Assembly: GCA_026770705.1 (NCBI GenBank)
Contig: JANJGN010000039.1
Span: 10,602,001-10,666,000 of the forward strand
Length of the DNA stretch: 64,000 bases
Origin: Isurus oxyrinchus
Taxonomy: Eukaryota
Reading direction: 5' to 3'
Under the pieces are notes generated by a model. That model did no database searches, was not told the origin of the DNA, and was given only the letters and a program-made list of their open reading frames with translations. The stretch's first letter is position 1; every line of letters begins with the position of its first letter. A program made the position numbers and the translations under genes. Below are positions 37,906-51,964 of this stretch, piece by piece.

Positions 37906-38809
37906 TCAATGGGTTTTGAGGTGTAAATTACATAGTTTTGCGGTCAGTTTCAAAAGGTACTGCATTCCGCTCTTCAGCTCCTCCCTAAACCTAGCCTGTG
38001 TCAGCACATAAATGAATGCATTTGTGCAGCAACTGAGTTCCCCTAGCATGAATCCAACTGACTTAAGCTCATTTGCGTCAGAATTTGAAGTGATTGCTAC
38101 ATGCAGAGAGATAATATATATAACAGGAGTTGTCCAGGGCAATATATAGCTGTCAGTTATACTGAGGAGTAAAATAATGGACTATCTTCGGATTTCAATT
38201 TCAGAGTCCTTGTGGTGTTCTCCATTACTGCAACCGATGAGACCCCTGCGAACTTTACTGTCTGCCAAAATACGTCTCACCGTCAAAACATTTAGCAACA
38301 AGATTAGAATGAAAGGAACACATGGGGTCAAGGTAAGGGTAAAAAATTCAAAGGCGGCCCATTCAGCAGAAATGAAAAATGTCTCTATTAGGACACAACC
38401 ACGATTTACATTGTCCATTATATACACAGGTTCATACGCAAAGTACCATGGAATGTTTATCAAAAAACTCAAAACACTCACCACTGTTATGACAGCTACC
38501 GCTGTTGTTTCGGTGCAATATTTTTTCGCAGTTTCTTACAACATATGGCCACAAAACGATTGAAGGGGAACACCACTGTTGACCACATAGAGGCTGATGG
38601 GACTACATAAATCAGTGTTACAGAGAGATGGCACACTGTGCCCATGGTCAAGAACAAAACACGAAAATACATATCCAGCGCATTATTCAGAATGACTTCA
38701 GCACAAACAACCAGGAGATCCGACACGGCAATGGCGATCATATAGTGGGTAATACATTTGGAGAGGCCACACTTTCCTCGGGAAAGGATCACAATCGCAA
38801 CAACATTAA
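37906..38809 (-). pseudogene. GPCR copy 2, exon 2 (GPR139/GPR142-like pseudogene)
   Basis: Collinear with 358-1262 but 904 nt: 1-bp loss in the T run at 38521-38526, AAG>TAG at 38182-38184, DRF>NRF. Confidence 0.9.
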
Positions 38810-39725
38810 CTGTAAGAGAGGGATAGAGATAGCAGAAGATAGACGACACAGATGAACATGATTATTTTCTTCCTGTTGCAGCACAGGATCGTGCACTTGA
38901 CCCAAGTATGCACAGACTGCTTTCTGAGGTGAGCATGTTCTAAATGTAAACTGGACCTAGTGAAAGTAGATAGGATAGGGAAACATCAATTGATAATTCG
39001 TCTTTTGAAACAACGTAAACTGGACAACTAATTTTCAATAAGGATTGATATTGCTGAGGGCGAATTTGACCTGGACAATTTGAATGCAAACAAGCAGCTA
39101 GGCATCGTGAACATTAAAAAGTTAAATAGGAGGTGTAAAGAGTAAATTCACTTGTGATGGCACAAAGTGAATTGGGAAGTTAATGGGCAAAATAGAATCT
39201 GGGCCATGTAGAGTTATACTCAGGAAGAGGTAGTGGTGCAATGCGTGCTGGGTGATCTATAGATGTAAATAAGTAATTGGAAGGATTACTGGGCTTCAGA
39301 ACTTACAGCTTGAAGGTAAAACATTGCCCAGTGGCACGAACATACTCTGAACGCTTGTGGGGGAAAAGATGGAATGATAAAAACGCAGGAACACGCAATG
39401 GTCACTGAGCTACAAAAAAAGACCAGCATAGATGAGCCCGATTTCAAGCTTATAGCGGCGTCATCACAGTGGCATTACAATGACAATCAGTAAAAGGTGA
39501 TGTTCTTATGCAGTTTCCCAGGGAGATTTTTTACTCAGAGATAAGAACTGATCAATCATGAGCTTTAAGTCAGATTGAGTAACATGAGATTGATTTGCTG
39601 GCTGGGCATTGTGCAGGATTATTTCAGATGAATGCATCGCTAATTCATTGCAGAAAGAGGTAAAGACACATTGCTATGCAGAATGGGTGCAGTCAGTGCT
39701 AATCAAAAGGGCAGTTTAATAGCGG

Positions 39726-39866
39726 TAAAAACAAAATAACTGCGGATGCTGGAAATCCTAAACAAAAACAAAAACAGAATTACCTGGAAAAACTCAGCAG
39801 GTCTGGCAGCATCGGCGGAGAAGAAAAGAGTTGATGTTTCGAGTCCTCATGACCCTTCGATAGAAC
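39726..39866 (-). mobile_element. Penelope-type short element inserted in the copy 2 intron
   Basis: Absent at the equivalent copy 1 site (~2180); flanked by TAGCGG direct repeats at 39720-39725 and 39867-39872. Confidence 0.85.
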
Positions 39867-42800
39867 TAGCGGACTGGGAAAGGAGATATTGCAATGAGAT
39901 TGAGTGGGCAATATCTTTTGGCCAAAGAGGCACATATCTTGCAAATCAATGTGAATGAGCAATTCAAAGATGCGATTCTAGTGAGGTTATAACTACCGAG
40001 TAGACAGGACGGAGTTCCCATTAATTAACTGGCTGCAGAACAAATCACTTTGTTGCCGAAAGGGCAGAAGGGACTCGCTTGCGTCTCAATGACAACATCC
40101 ATGCTTTGAAAGCTGGAGCTTATTTCTTTTTTTTTCTGGGCACCAAGTGCATAAAATCGTGATAAAGATTGACCGTGATGGGCACAAAGATTTGAGTCTG
40201 TAGACTAATATATGTTCAGAAAAGTGAAATTATGAATTGTCGATTACCTGACGATAAAGATCTAGTTTCTAACACACCCATGTTTAAATTAATATCTTTT
40301 ACAGCTTAATTCACTTCAAATTGGCCAGGCTCGTAAACCCCATGAGTCTTAGCATTATTTGTTAAAATGCATATTTCTTTTTTTTCAAAATGCAGGATCC
40401 TTTTCAGAGAATTAGCGGTTATTCACTGCTGCATTATTATATAGTTGATTAACTTCAGACATTTACACCGATTACTGGTCAAATTAAATGTTCTATATAA
40501 GTCAAGTGTAATTGACCTGAGCCTCAGTTAATCACGGTTGCATTATGATTTTTGTTGTTTAGTTAGTGAAGTTCTATTTGCATTTTGAAGAAGAGGCTTT
40601 CCAAGTGAATCTCACTGAACTAATTTGTAACTGCCAGATATGTGATAATGTGATGCGCACGTTTATTAAATTATTTCCTGCATTTCAAAGCAAGTTAAAT
40701 AACTCTAGCCTGAATTATTATTGAAAGTAATTAATCGGCTCACTGCGAAAATTTTGTTTGTAGTTCTGGATTGCGATGCTATAGGATCGGATTCATGGCT
40801 CTGGCAACGTGCAGAACAGCTTTCCAACTGAAATCTCCCCTCAGATTCGGCAGGCACCGATTAGGGAATGGAAAATGCACATTCTCAAAATTATGGGATG
40901 AGCAGACAGAGAGTTTCTTCAAGTACCAACTGGCTTCATGGCTATGCAATATGGTGCAGATTGAACGTAGATTTTTTCGCAAACTTGAACTTAGGGAAAA
41001 AACAATGCATTGAACGTCTATTAATTGGGTGGTGAAGTAACATTTTGGATCATATTATTTCAGTAAGTTATTGTTTTATGTTTCAGATGAACGTTGAATG
41101 AAGTAAGGCGAATGAGTCAGATAAAGCTTTTTAAAATTTTTGTATCCGATTATAAGTTGGCAAGCTTTGACCACACAAACAAAGAAAATATCTATTTGAG
41201 TTACATACACAGCCAGTTGGCAGCCTCCGATTCGTAAATCTCTAACCCGAATGCAAGCACCAAACATCGATTGACTTAATGGAGCTGTCAAAGCTAATCA
41301 CAAATAGCCGTGAGAACGCCAGGCAATGGATAAAAATTAAAGTTTGATTTTCTGTGAACCATGTAGGATTCACTGGAAAAGCTGGAAGCATTATTAATCA
41401 AAGTTATTTTCACTCAATTGCATCTTAAAATAAATGTCAATAATGAAAATTGACCTTCATTTACCCGATATCTATTAAGATTTGAGCAAAGGTAATATAT
41501 ATATTCCTACAATGACATGCATTTCAACTGAGAGACATAATTATCTGTGCACTGTTATGAATTATACAAAGATTGTTATCCAAATTATCAGCACTTGAAA
41601 GAGTACCGACCAGAACGGTAAATAAGCAAGCAGCTTAAAAATATTGTATTTGAAACAATTATATAATAAAGCAGCCAATATTTGAACTCATTAATTATCA
41701 AAAAGATTATCCAATAAATAATCAGTATACTTGCAGAATTTTCCTTCGAATAAAATTTGAAATGCCCCAGGAATGAACCACCCAATTATCTACCGAATGA
41801 AATAGTGACTTATACAAGCTATTATCCACTATTCAGCTAACAAATTAAGTATACAGTCATCAAATATATTATCAACATTATTCCCTGCTAAATAAATTGG
41901 AGAAATAAACATATATATATGCCACAGAATTACCGATTGCTCTCTGCAACTGCAATCTGCTTCTGACCTGTTATTGATTTGCTGTTTGGGAAAAGGAACA
42001 AGGAGCAGGTGCAGTGCACTTTGGAAAATGTGCCTCTTAGTGTCGTTTCTACAAACACCCGACTCTGAAGAACTGCAGAGTTTCCTTCACCGACCCAAAT
42101 CCATATCACTTCAACTGCAATGTTCTATTCGCAATGTAATTACAAAATAACAATTTTCTATGGCATCTTTTGCATGCAAAACAGATCCTGAAGGGCTAAT
42201 TCATTTCAGTGAATTTGTGAATGTTGTGGCGAACGCACCACGGAGTGTGATCCACTGAATTGTGATTGTGGTTACGGCACATTGCTGCAGGCTCCATACC
42301 AGCAGTTACACTAGAAAAGTGAGACAAATCCTGTGGTGCAGGTTCAAAACGCTAATCGTGATTTAAGATCATAAAGAAACATTACAGTAAGTAGACAGTG
42401 GCCTGGATTATACGTTTTTCGGCAACGTGAGATGGTGAAATGTAAAATTAGCCCTTTTCCTATTCACCCTCCCTTAGACCACCTCCCCTTCCACAATTTC
42501 TTTAAATTCCCAAGGGGAGGAGGCCTGGAGTGATGCGAAATGGGGTCCGCATCCAATCGGCAGTGAAAGCCTGAACATCGTGCGGCAGAATGCAATGCTG
42601 TGAACAGAACGTCGTTATAACTGAAAGCTCAAGATGACATGCTCTCAGAAACTGTTTTTCCAAAAATATTTTTAGTTGTAAGTTCAGGCAAGAAACAAAA
42701 AAGTGAAAAGTAAACATGAACGCGCCGGCACGTTCCCCAGCACAATCTGTTGCCACATTTAATCATGGTCCCGGGGCCTCTGTTCCGCAGGATGGTTGTC

Positions 42801-43699
42801 TGATGGTAGGTGCACAGAAACATTCTTTTTCTTTCGTCTGGGCCACGGTAAGTGCAAAGCACGAATCAAGAAATCATACCATTGTGTCGCTCACAAACTC
42901 AATAACTTGCTAATTAGGAAGTTTTAAAAGGTGTGCCCACCCGTTCTCCATCTGCAACTGGGAGATTCATGTACGTGGCGTCATTATTCCCGATGCATGA
43001 CATTGATCTTCGTGCATGTTCGGCATTTTTGAGGGAGGTGTAAGGTGGGGAATGGGGGTTTCGGGTGGTGACGTAAGGTGGTGCGAGTTTCAGACGAAAT
43101 TTTCAGCCAATCTTTTTGGTTAAGGATTTAATATTCAGGAGCGAATTCGAAATATACGTTCTCAGTTAGGGGCCAGTGTTCTCCGAAATAATTTACATTT
43201 AAACATGCATTTCCTAGTTATTCTTTGTTGAGCCGGACAAAAGAAATAGCCAGGGCCGCGATTTCAATAACAAAAGGACATCAGTATTCATAGAATCGTC
43301 ATCATGCAACGTTTTATTTTCTTTGGCTATATTGTCAAGATTAGCACTTTTATTTCCCTTTTCACTAATTCTTCTTGAAAATAAGGGTTTTCTAGTGTTG
43401 CGGTCCATGTGAAACGGGTGCACACACAATGCTGCGAGCGATTGATTTCCAGGCTTTTGATCCAGTGACAATAAAGGAACTGTGATGTATCTGCAAGTCA
43501 GCTTGGTGCGTGACTCGGAAAGGATTTTGTAATTCATAGCGTTCCCATGACCCTTCTATTGTTGCCCTTCCAGGATTTTGAGATCAAATGCACAAAAGAA
43601 GGAACATTGCCGACATCTGCCCTATGTCCAAAACAGCAGCAAGCAAAGCTAACAACATGGCTTAACCTGGTGAATTTCAAGCCAGGGCAACTTGCAAGC

Positions 43700-45200
43700 A
43701 AAACAGCGTATTCAGCATGAGAAAGACAGGGCTCATTGATCCCCCTACAAAATAACGATAGCTCAGCTCTGAAGTCCTGTCACAGTCACCTTTAATGGTT
43801 GTGGAAAATTCTGCACCTCACTGGTGGACGGCTCTCCACCAATATCTCCATCGGCAATGACTGTGGAGCGCAGCACACCAGTGCATATACATGACAGAAG
43901 AATTTGCAGCCACATTTACCCTGAAGTGACGGGTGGATGAACCATCCGGCCTCCTCTTACGGATGACAAGCATCACAGATGCCAGTCTTCATACAATGTG
44001 ATTCTCAGCACTCGGATTTAAGGAATGACTGAAGGAACTGGATGATGAAGAGGTTACAGGTCCTTTTACATAATGCCAATAGTACGGCGGATCACTGCTC
44101 CTGAATAAGCCTTCCTGTCGATGCTGGTATGGCGCATCTAAACCTTTGGCATCTATGAGAAACGTTGAGAATTTTGACAGGTATGCCTATCCAAAAATAA
44201 TCACGACAAATCCAACCAATCTAAGGACAGCCCCATCAGCCTACATTTCATCAGGATCAATGTGATGAAAAGTATCATAGAAAATGCTTTCAATCGCCAA
44301 ATACTCGGCAGCAAACTGTTCACTGACGCTCACTTTTTGCTTCGTGCGAGCTCCAACTCTTGGTTCGGCCTTCCTCGAAGCATGGACACAGGTGCCGTAC
44401 TTATAAGATGAGGAAAGAGTGGCTGTGTATTATATCAACACATCAGTTATCACACTGAGATATCAAGGAGGGGTATAAGAATTGTGGTCAATAAGAATAA
44501 GCGGCAACTTCCCTACTGAGTGAACTCATACCAAGCAAAAATAATTTATTTTTTCATTTTTATTTTCTTTTGCAGGTGCATCATCTCAGCCCCATGACAT
44601 AACTGGACGACAGACTGAGGGCATTGTCCTGAGACCTCCCATCTTAAGCTACTGCATCAATTATGTTCTCTCCATTTGAAACACAGTAGGAAGCTGGTGT
44701 AGTGGGGAGGGTGTGGGAAAGTGAGGGGAGGTTATATCCGCTGAAAATTGTTCAACGTTCTGCATCGTTCACGACTCAACAGATGCTGATGAAATCGGTG
44801 CCCATGTGCATCAAGTCCTGGGCAACAGCCAGACTTGTGCTGAAAAATGACAAGTAATATTCGCCCCGCAAAATTGACAGGAAATGACCATCTGCACGAA
44901 AAGAACAGCCAACAAAATACCCTTGAAATTTACTGGCATTGCCAGCGCTTAAGCCCGCGTTTTCAACATCCTTGGACAAACCATTGACAGGAATCTGTGA
45001 CTCGAAGAGCAGTTCAGAATCTGAAAATGTTGTAGTGAGCAACACACCCCCTGACTCTCCAAAACCTTGCCTCCATCTAAAATGCACACATCAGGAATGT
45101 GATGGGATATGCTACACCTGTCTGGATGATTTACCCTCCAGTAGAATTCAAGGATATTGACTTAACCCAGAACAAAGCTAATTGCTTGATTTGCAATCAT
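43700..45200 (+). mobile_element. Degenerate HER1/CR1-type LINE RT segment in the copy 2 intron
   Basis: Reverse complement of the family at 28150-29680; paralogous to ~62900-64000. Confidence 0.75.
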
Positions 45201-47744
45201 TCTATAAATTTAATGATTCGAGCTGTTTATCCTTATCTGAATAATTCATCTTCCTGTTTTTAAAGTTCATACGAATCTTCAGCAAACATCTGAGTGGAAT
45301 TATCTTATCTAAAACATAATATATCCACCCAATTTGTCGGTACGCTCAACTCTATTACTGCTTTCCTAAATATCATTTTGCAACACTTTCAGCGTGCACC
45401 ATTTTTCATATCCTTCAGTACACGTGGTACTTAAGTGACATCTCATGACATCACGTAACACATGAGTAATGAATGTCCGCTTCAACTGACCCGTTCACCT
45501 CAGCGGATGAATCAATGATCATCAATGGCCGACGTTTTAGGGAGACAGAATGAAAAAAAAAGCTTTCCATCGGGGACCTCGAAGTCTGTGAGCAAGAGAG
45601 GATCGGTAGCATCAATAATGTCCGAGCTGGCAGAGTCATAAAGATAAATGCTAAACTAGGTCTTTGGTAGGTGGTCAGGGAACCAACCAGCTGCAAAACT
45701 CTACGTGAATTCGCTCCACAAACCTACCCAGCACAGGTGCATCTGTCCATTTAAGAATTGATATGATGGACCACTGCACGTCCTTGTACAAATGAATTCC
45801 GCCTTCACAATAGGGCTTCCATCCATCGTATTGTGTGAGACAACCATTGTCCTGAATGGGGTAGGTTTCCCCTTGATTAACAACTCAAAAATGGGCATTC
45901 ACGAGGCATTGTGGACCATTAGCTGCAGCTGATTTGTGCACAACCTTAATTTGTAACCCCAAGCCCAGTCTATCCGCAACTCTGCAATTTTCATCTGGAC
46001 TGTTTATGGTGATGTTTCTGATGCCAGTCAAACATTCTACTTTGCTCCTTTAGTGTAGCTCTTCGACAAGGAATGTTCAACAAATTACTTATCGCATTAC
46101 GGGGATTTAGCTGGGATTGTCCTATATGGAGACATTGACGAGACTAATCCTCGGCTTTCTGGAGCATTGGCAAATGAGAAGTGATCTCACTGAAGCATTC
46201 ACCCTTCTTATAAGTTTTGGTGATGTCGATATTGGATGGATCATTCCGCTGGCTGGTGTGTCTAAAAGCAGGAAAAGCAATATGACAATAAGAGGACTGC
46301 ATTTAGGATTATGATGAGGAATAATTTAATCACTGAGGGAGGGGTAAATGTTCGAAATTATGTACTGCAACCTCGGCAGATGGGCAGTCATTGAGTATGT
46401 TGAAGGTGCTGATGAAGCAATTTCTCAATATAAAATGCATCGAAATATATGAGATAGTGCATGGAATGTCGTGCAGACATAATTTCCGCCATGATGGACT
46501 TTGAGTAGTGAGGCACATTCGTGCGGCCAAATGATCAACTTCTCCTGAAATTTCCTGTGCTCTTATGTCCTTCTGTCAGCGCCACCATGAAACGTGGCAA
46601 TGTGAGTTTTCCAAAGCTACAGGGGATTCGGACAATGGTTAATATCAATCTACTGCAATTCTCAATGTAAGTAAGTTAGATTTAGAAGCAGGGTTTACAA
46701 CAGCAGGAAGTGTAAGGCTAGAAATTGAAATGAGCAGAATAATGAGAACCATATAGCTACCCAGGGAGCATAGTTGTTCCAAAATCGGATCACTTATGGC
46801 TCAGTTCACAATCTCCGTGCTGGGATAAATGTTTCAATACTTATGTCCGGCTTCAGTACTTGAAGACAAAAGTCTCAGCTAATGTGCCTTTGCCGTAGTG
46901 AAGTTGTTCTACACTATCTGATGTAATAACTTTCAGAACAGATGTCAAATTGTTTCACAGGGTAAACGTCAAAGATTCCATGCCCCTATTTCGAAGATCG
47001 AGACTGTCGTGACACCGTGCGTCCTAACAACTATTTACACCTCTGTTAAATCCCACAAAACGGATAATTTGGTCATTGCCATCTTGCTGCTTGTGGAAGC
47101 TTCCCGACCACAAATTGCCTGTCCCCTTTTGCGTTGCGTCAGTGACTACACTACATGTAAATTCATTAAGGTGGTCGATAAATGAGGTTGTGAAAATGCA
47201 TGTATTTCAAGAGACAAGTAACTAAGACATCGGAATGTCTTCAGCACACACAGTAATCTGTTTCAGCCAGACTTCCAGAGATCCTCTCTGCATACAGATT
47301 TGTAAAAGTATCGTTGTGGTAACAAATATGTGATTTCACAGGGATTCAGTTCCTTTAAATATTGGAAAATAAATGAAAACCATTGGCAACGGCTTCAAGT
47401 ATTTTAAGCAGAATTTTGCATAATGCGTATTTGCTTCTGCACAGATTTTCACAGATTGTGTTTTCTACAAGCTCATACTCGGTTTGCACTTGATAATGAT
47501 AATTATTGCAGAGCCCAGCTTGTTACATGACATTCCGTAAAGCAAGAATAAGGTGTCAGCAGTGGTGACCACGGAGTGTAAGATACAACAACAGGAAGAA
47601 AACCGTTAATGTTATGGTTAAACATACATCCCTGCTTTGATGACTCCCCAACAGTAAAGAATCAACTCCATGTTATTGGGACTGGCGTTTGAGAAGAACG
47701 TGAACATCCATTTACTCGGGTAATGATTGCATTTAGGCTTTTAC

Positions 47745-47814
47745 CAGGAACACCAATAGCCGCGAGAATAGGATAGGAAATGGTTTTTATCTGCCGAAGT
47801 ATCTGTTCTCCCAT
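47745..47814 (-). pseudogene. GPCR copy 2, exon 1 (MGEQILRQIKTISYPILAAIGVP)
   Basis: 70 nt, ATG at 47814, donor G|GTAAAA; paralogue of 8131-8200. Confidence 0.9.
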
Positions 47815-50800
47815 CTTTATGAGGAGATGACTTTGCTGCAGAGATGGATGCACAAGATGGAATGAATGTGTGAGCTGAAAAGTGGAAATCCTCTTCCTCT
47901 TTAAATTCATTTCAGGAAAATAAGAGAAGAAAGTTAAAATCGCAGGAGAATCAGAAGGAGATGTCACATCAATTAATCTAGAGCACCCGGGTAAAACTGC
48001 CAGGACAGCATTCGTAGCAGGGAACAGACAAAGGCAACATTAAGCCGTTTAGTTAACTAATCAAACCCACGGCCGCTACGATCCAGAAAGACAAAGGCAA
48101 CAAGAACATGGGAACGAAATTAACTGAACGTCCCTCCCCCAGCCACTCATCGTCCTGGTTCAGAAAAATATCGCCGTTCCTTCAATGTCTCTGTATCAAA
48201 TCAATGGAACCCGATCCCCCACCGCCCACACCCCCACCCCACAAAAAAAAAATACCGTGGATGTAACTGCATCATAAAGACCGCAGCAGCTCACCACCCA
48301 CTTCACAAGGGGAGTTAGAGATTGACAATAACTGTTGACCTTGCCAGCGTTGCCCTAATCCACGAATGGAAAGAAAGCTATAAATTTAAGTACTTAGTCA
48401 GAGAGTCTTTTAAACGTACATCGGAAAACGAGAGCTTCGAGAATGAGTTTGTAAATGGCCCGTATCTGATGAAGTACAACCAATTACATGCTCAGTGAGA
48501 AGCGCAAACTCCTGTTGAAACAGATGCACCGAGCCCGTTGGGAAACATGAAATGTGGCAATCAGAGAAACTATTATGTACACAGGAGATAAATCCCCTTG
48601 AGCGCATTCCCTTAAATAAATCAATTAGTTTCAATCATTGAATAAACAGGTTATGTCAGTCGCTCTCTCTCTGAAAGGAACCGTTTCGAAGTGAAACGAC
48701 AAACATTGAAATGTTCGGATAATACAGTTGAAGGGGCTATATTTTACCGAGCAACGGGTAGATCAAATCGCTATTAATTTATATCAAAATGATTCGAGGA
48801 AACATAATCGGCCTGAACCACCAGGAGAAGTAGTGGGAAAATTTCATATGTTCACCACCGTTTTGTGTTTTGGTACCCATTCTATGTTCCAACAGGGCAC
48901 ATGACTGAGGGATGTCTTTGTCATTTAATCTTCCAGTGAGCACTGATACGCTGCACATATATCCCCGTGGATTCCTCTGGCAATGACAGTTCCATCAGTG
49001 ACTTGACCTACATTCTGTGTCGTTGTACATAAATGTGCAACATTCTGCCTGGAAATTATAAACACAACCACAGGGCCAGGAAGGTTTGTGTTGGTGGTAA
49101 CCTGATGCGCAATAGAAAGTGTATGGAGAAGGCTTTTGTTTTCTCAACTGAAAGATGTACAAATAATGCGTTCAAGTCAATCCGCACCCATACACTCTCA
49201 CTAACGATTCCCCATGCCATGCAATCCTCCTGCTCACTCACTCACATACTCCATCCAGAGTGATGCTTGAACTGAATGAATAACAATGCTTTGAATAAAT
49301 TAATGGGATATCGAGAGTACATGGTTGGCAGTGTATTCCATGCTTAACATTTAACTCCTGGCCCTCAAATTTCTTCAGCAGATAATCATTAGCAGATGGA
49401 TGCAGTGATTATAATGTCTCAGAATCGACGGCGCATCCAGCTTTTGTGTGGGCCGCATTTCAAACCCGCACCAAAAGCAGAATAGTTAAGGTCAGTAGGT
49501 CATTCGGCCCATTGAGCCTGTTCTGCAACTCGGAAAGCTCATGGTTTATCTGATCGTGGCCTCAGTCCCGCTCTCGTGCCTGCTCTCCCACAACCAACGC
49601 TGTACACCGCCCCCGTCCGCCACCTCCGTCACATCACACACTTATATCCTTATGACCCTAGTCTCCCGTATTGGTCAATAAACTATCCAACACAGCCATG
49701 AATATGTGACAGCCCTGAACAGATGATCAGTGTCATTCGCTCTTTGGTGATGGTGTCATAATCAGATCGATGCAAAGTCGCTGATCAGTGGGAACCCATT
49801 TCATGTCACTTGCGGCACCAGATAAGGGTGTTTAGTAGCTCCAGCTCGGTTTTTCATACATTTGCCGGTCAATCTCCAGGCATGCACTCAAAGAGCTTGA
49901 CACAGGATTACACATTCATTTCAGGACCACAGGCAGCCTTTTCAAAGAGCCAAAATTAAATCCTAGCACAGAGGTTACTGGAAAGCTACAGGTGGATGCC
50001 TTATTCACGGACCAATGTGCACTTGTAGCACAGGATCAGTATACATTTTGCTGCATGCTGAGAGCTTTGCTGCAAACTCAGAATGCTTTCCATTGACAAT
50101 ATATCTGAGGATAGAAATGCTGTATCAAACTGTTGCTGGTCACGTGCTCCAAGACGCCACAGCCGCTTTGAACAACACGCTCCTCTGTTCTTTGCGGAAG
50201 TGTTGCTAACTTGGCAGCATGCAATCCAAGGGCACTAACTGGATGGGCAAATTACCCATCGCCTGCCATAAACAAGCTCGGCACTTGGCAGGCTTCACTC
50301 ACTGACTTCTGCAAAGAAAACAAGGAATTTCCCTCAGATGTAAGACCAAGTCGTTCCAGGCAATGTTTTTTAAATCACTTTCATATCAGTGCGAAACTTG
50401 CATAACTTTTTGGCCTCTTTCAAAGCTAATGAAAACTTGCCTACTTCGCTGTCCATGAACCATTTCCAACGGTTGTTGGCAGGACCAAATCCGCAAAACC
50501 GATAATCTTGTAAAGTGCAGCATGCCTGACATTGTAAATATGTTCATTAGTGCCCCGGTTGCCTGGGCAAGTCATGTGGTTCATCTGGATAATGCCTACG
50601 CAATAAAACGCCACAGTCGGTTAGCGCAGGAAGCTCCACTATGGAATGTCTGAAATCTCAAAGCCAAACTCAGAGATTGCAAGCTGGGTCCCAGTACATG
50701 GGGTCCTGACACCACCTTGCTAAAAGCAACGTGTTGTGCCTGCACCATAAGATGCATACACTCTGCCACCCTTTGTGGGTCTGTGTGTCACTTTGCGAGT

Positions 50801-51369
50801 CTCACTAAGCAGCGAGAATATCTTATGCATTTCCAATTTCATTCTACTCTACCCGAATATTTAAGACTCTTAAGCAATGGGAACAATGCATCTGGCTTCC
50901 CTTCAGCAAACTAACGTTAGCTTGTACCTGGTATTAGCATTCTTCTCCAGGTGCAGAGTGTTCCCGACTGTCCTGCAACGAATTCCCCATCACATGCGCC
51001 CAATCCTTACAAATGGATTCCACAGGCTATTCTTCCATCCGGTCAGCATTCACTTTCTGGCTCCTGCCTAATGCTGATGCTGGACCCATTGGAGCCCAAC
51101 TGAAAAGTGTGGCCAATTGCGCTCTCAGTTCATACCTCCTCTTTGTCATCTCCTAAAAGATACTTGAAAACAGTTTTACTGTTAAAGAGATGCCAATTCA
51201 AAGGCATCTCATCAATAATACAATAATACATACCTATCGAGGAATTTCATCACTAACATTATGTACAGTAGAAATGCTATCTTAAGCAACAAAAAGGTTA
51301 GAACATCATTATCTTTTCGATATGCCTGGTTTTGCTCTTGAAACTCTCTCCTGCATTCGTCAGTGAGTC

Positions 51370-51950
51370 AGGCTTGATCCCTTGCCTTCAAGGTTATGGT
51401 GGTGTCAGGAATATGCCAGACCAAGGCCCTGCAGGTTGCGTTTGAAGTTAATGTTACTGCTGCAGATGACCCAGTGTTCCTTGTGGAAGTTGAGATTTGA
51501 GCTGTCTGGTCTGTTCTGAATCCAACCTTTTGAAAGAAATGGGTGCAAGAGAACACAACGGAGCGTGTCTTCATTGAGAAGACAGTATCCCGTCGTCACA
51601 AGGTCACAGAATGTCAGGGACACATGCATCGGCAGGAGGTATATTGGTGAGGATGATGTTGAGTAGAAGGTTCCTTCGTGTTGGTTCATCTGCCTCAGGC
51701 CTATTCCGGCTTTCAAGGCTCGGTCTCCTTGGTCTGTAACAGTGACCATGAGTCACTATTAGTGATGAACATGCAGACCCAAAGCAGAGAACATTATGTG
51801 CCCTTGCTAAGCACAGTTCTTCTTCCATGTGGTGCTTGACATGGAGAACTAAACACTGGTCAAATTCTGGACAGTGGTATGTGGGAGTCAGCTGGAGTTT
51901 CCCTTCCCTTGTTTTCCCACCTGTCATGAGATATCAGAGACAATGGATCA
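51370..51950 (-). mobile_element. HER1/CR1-type LINE endonuclease-region remnant
   Basis: IGLRQM / EPTRRNLLLNIILTNIPPADA (cf. EPTRG.N.LDLILTN). Confidence 0.7.
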
Positions 51951-51964
51951 ATGCTGCACACTCA

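Larger units (their letters stand above)
37530..50762. repeat. Segmental duplicate (direct) of 1-11160
   Basis: Collinear similarity across exons, intron and upstream DNA, e.g. gatcagaacaactgttccaatgaacacaagg at 70 and ~37606. Confidence 0.95.
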
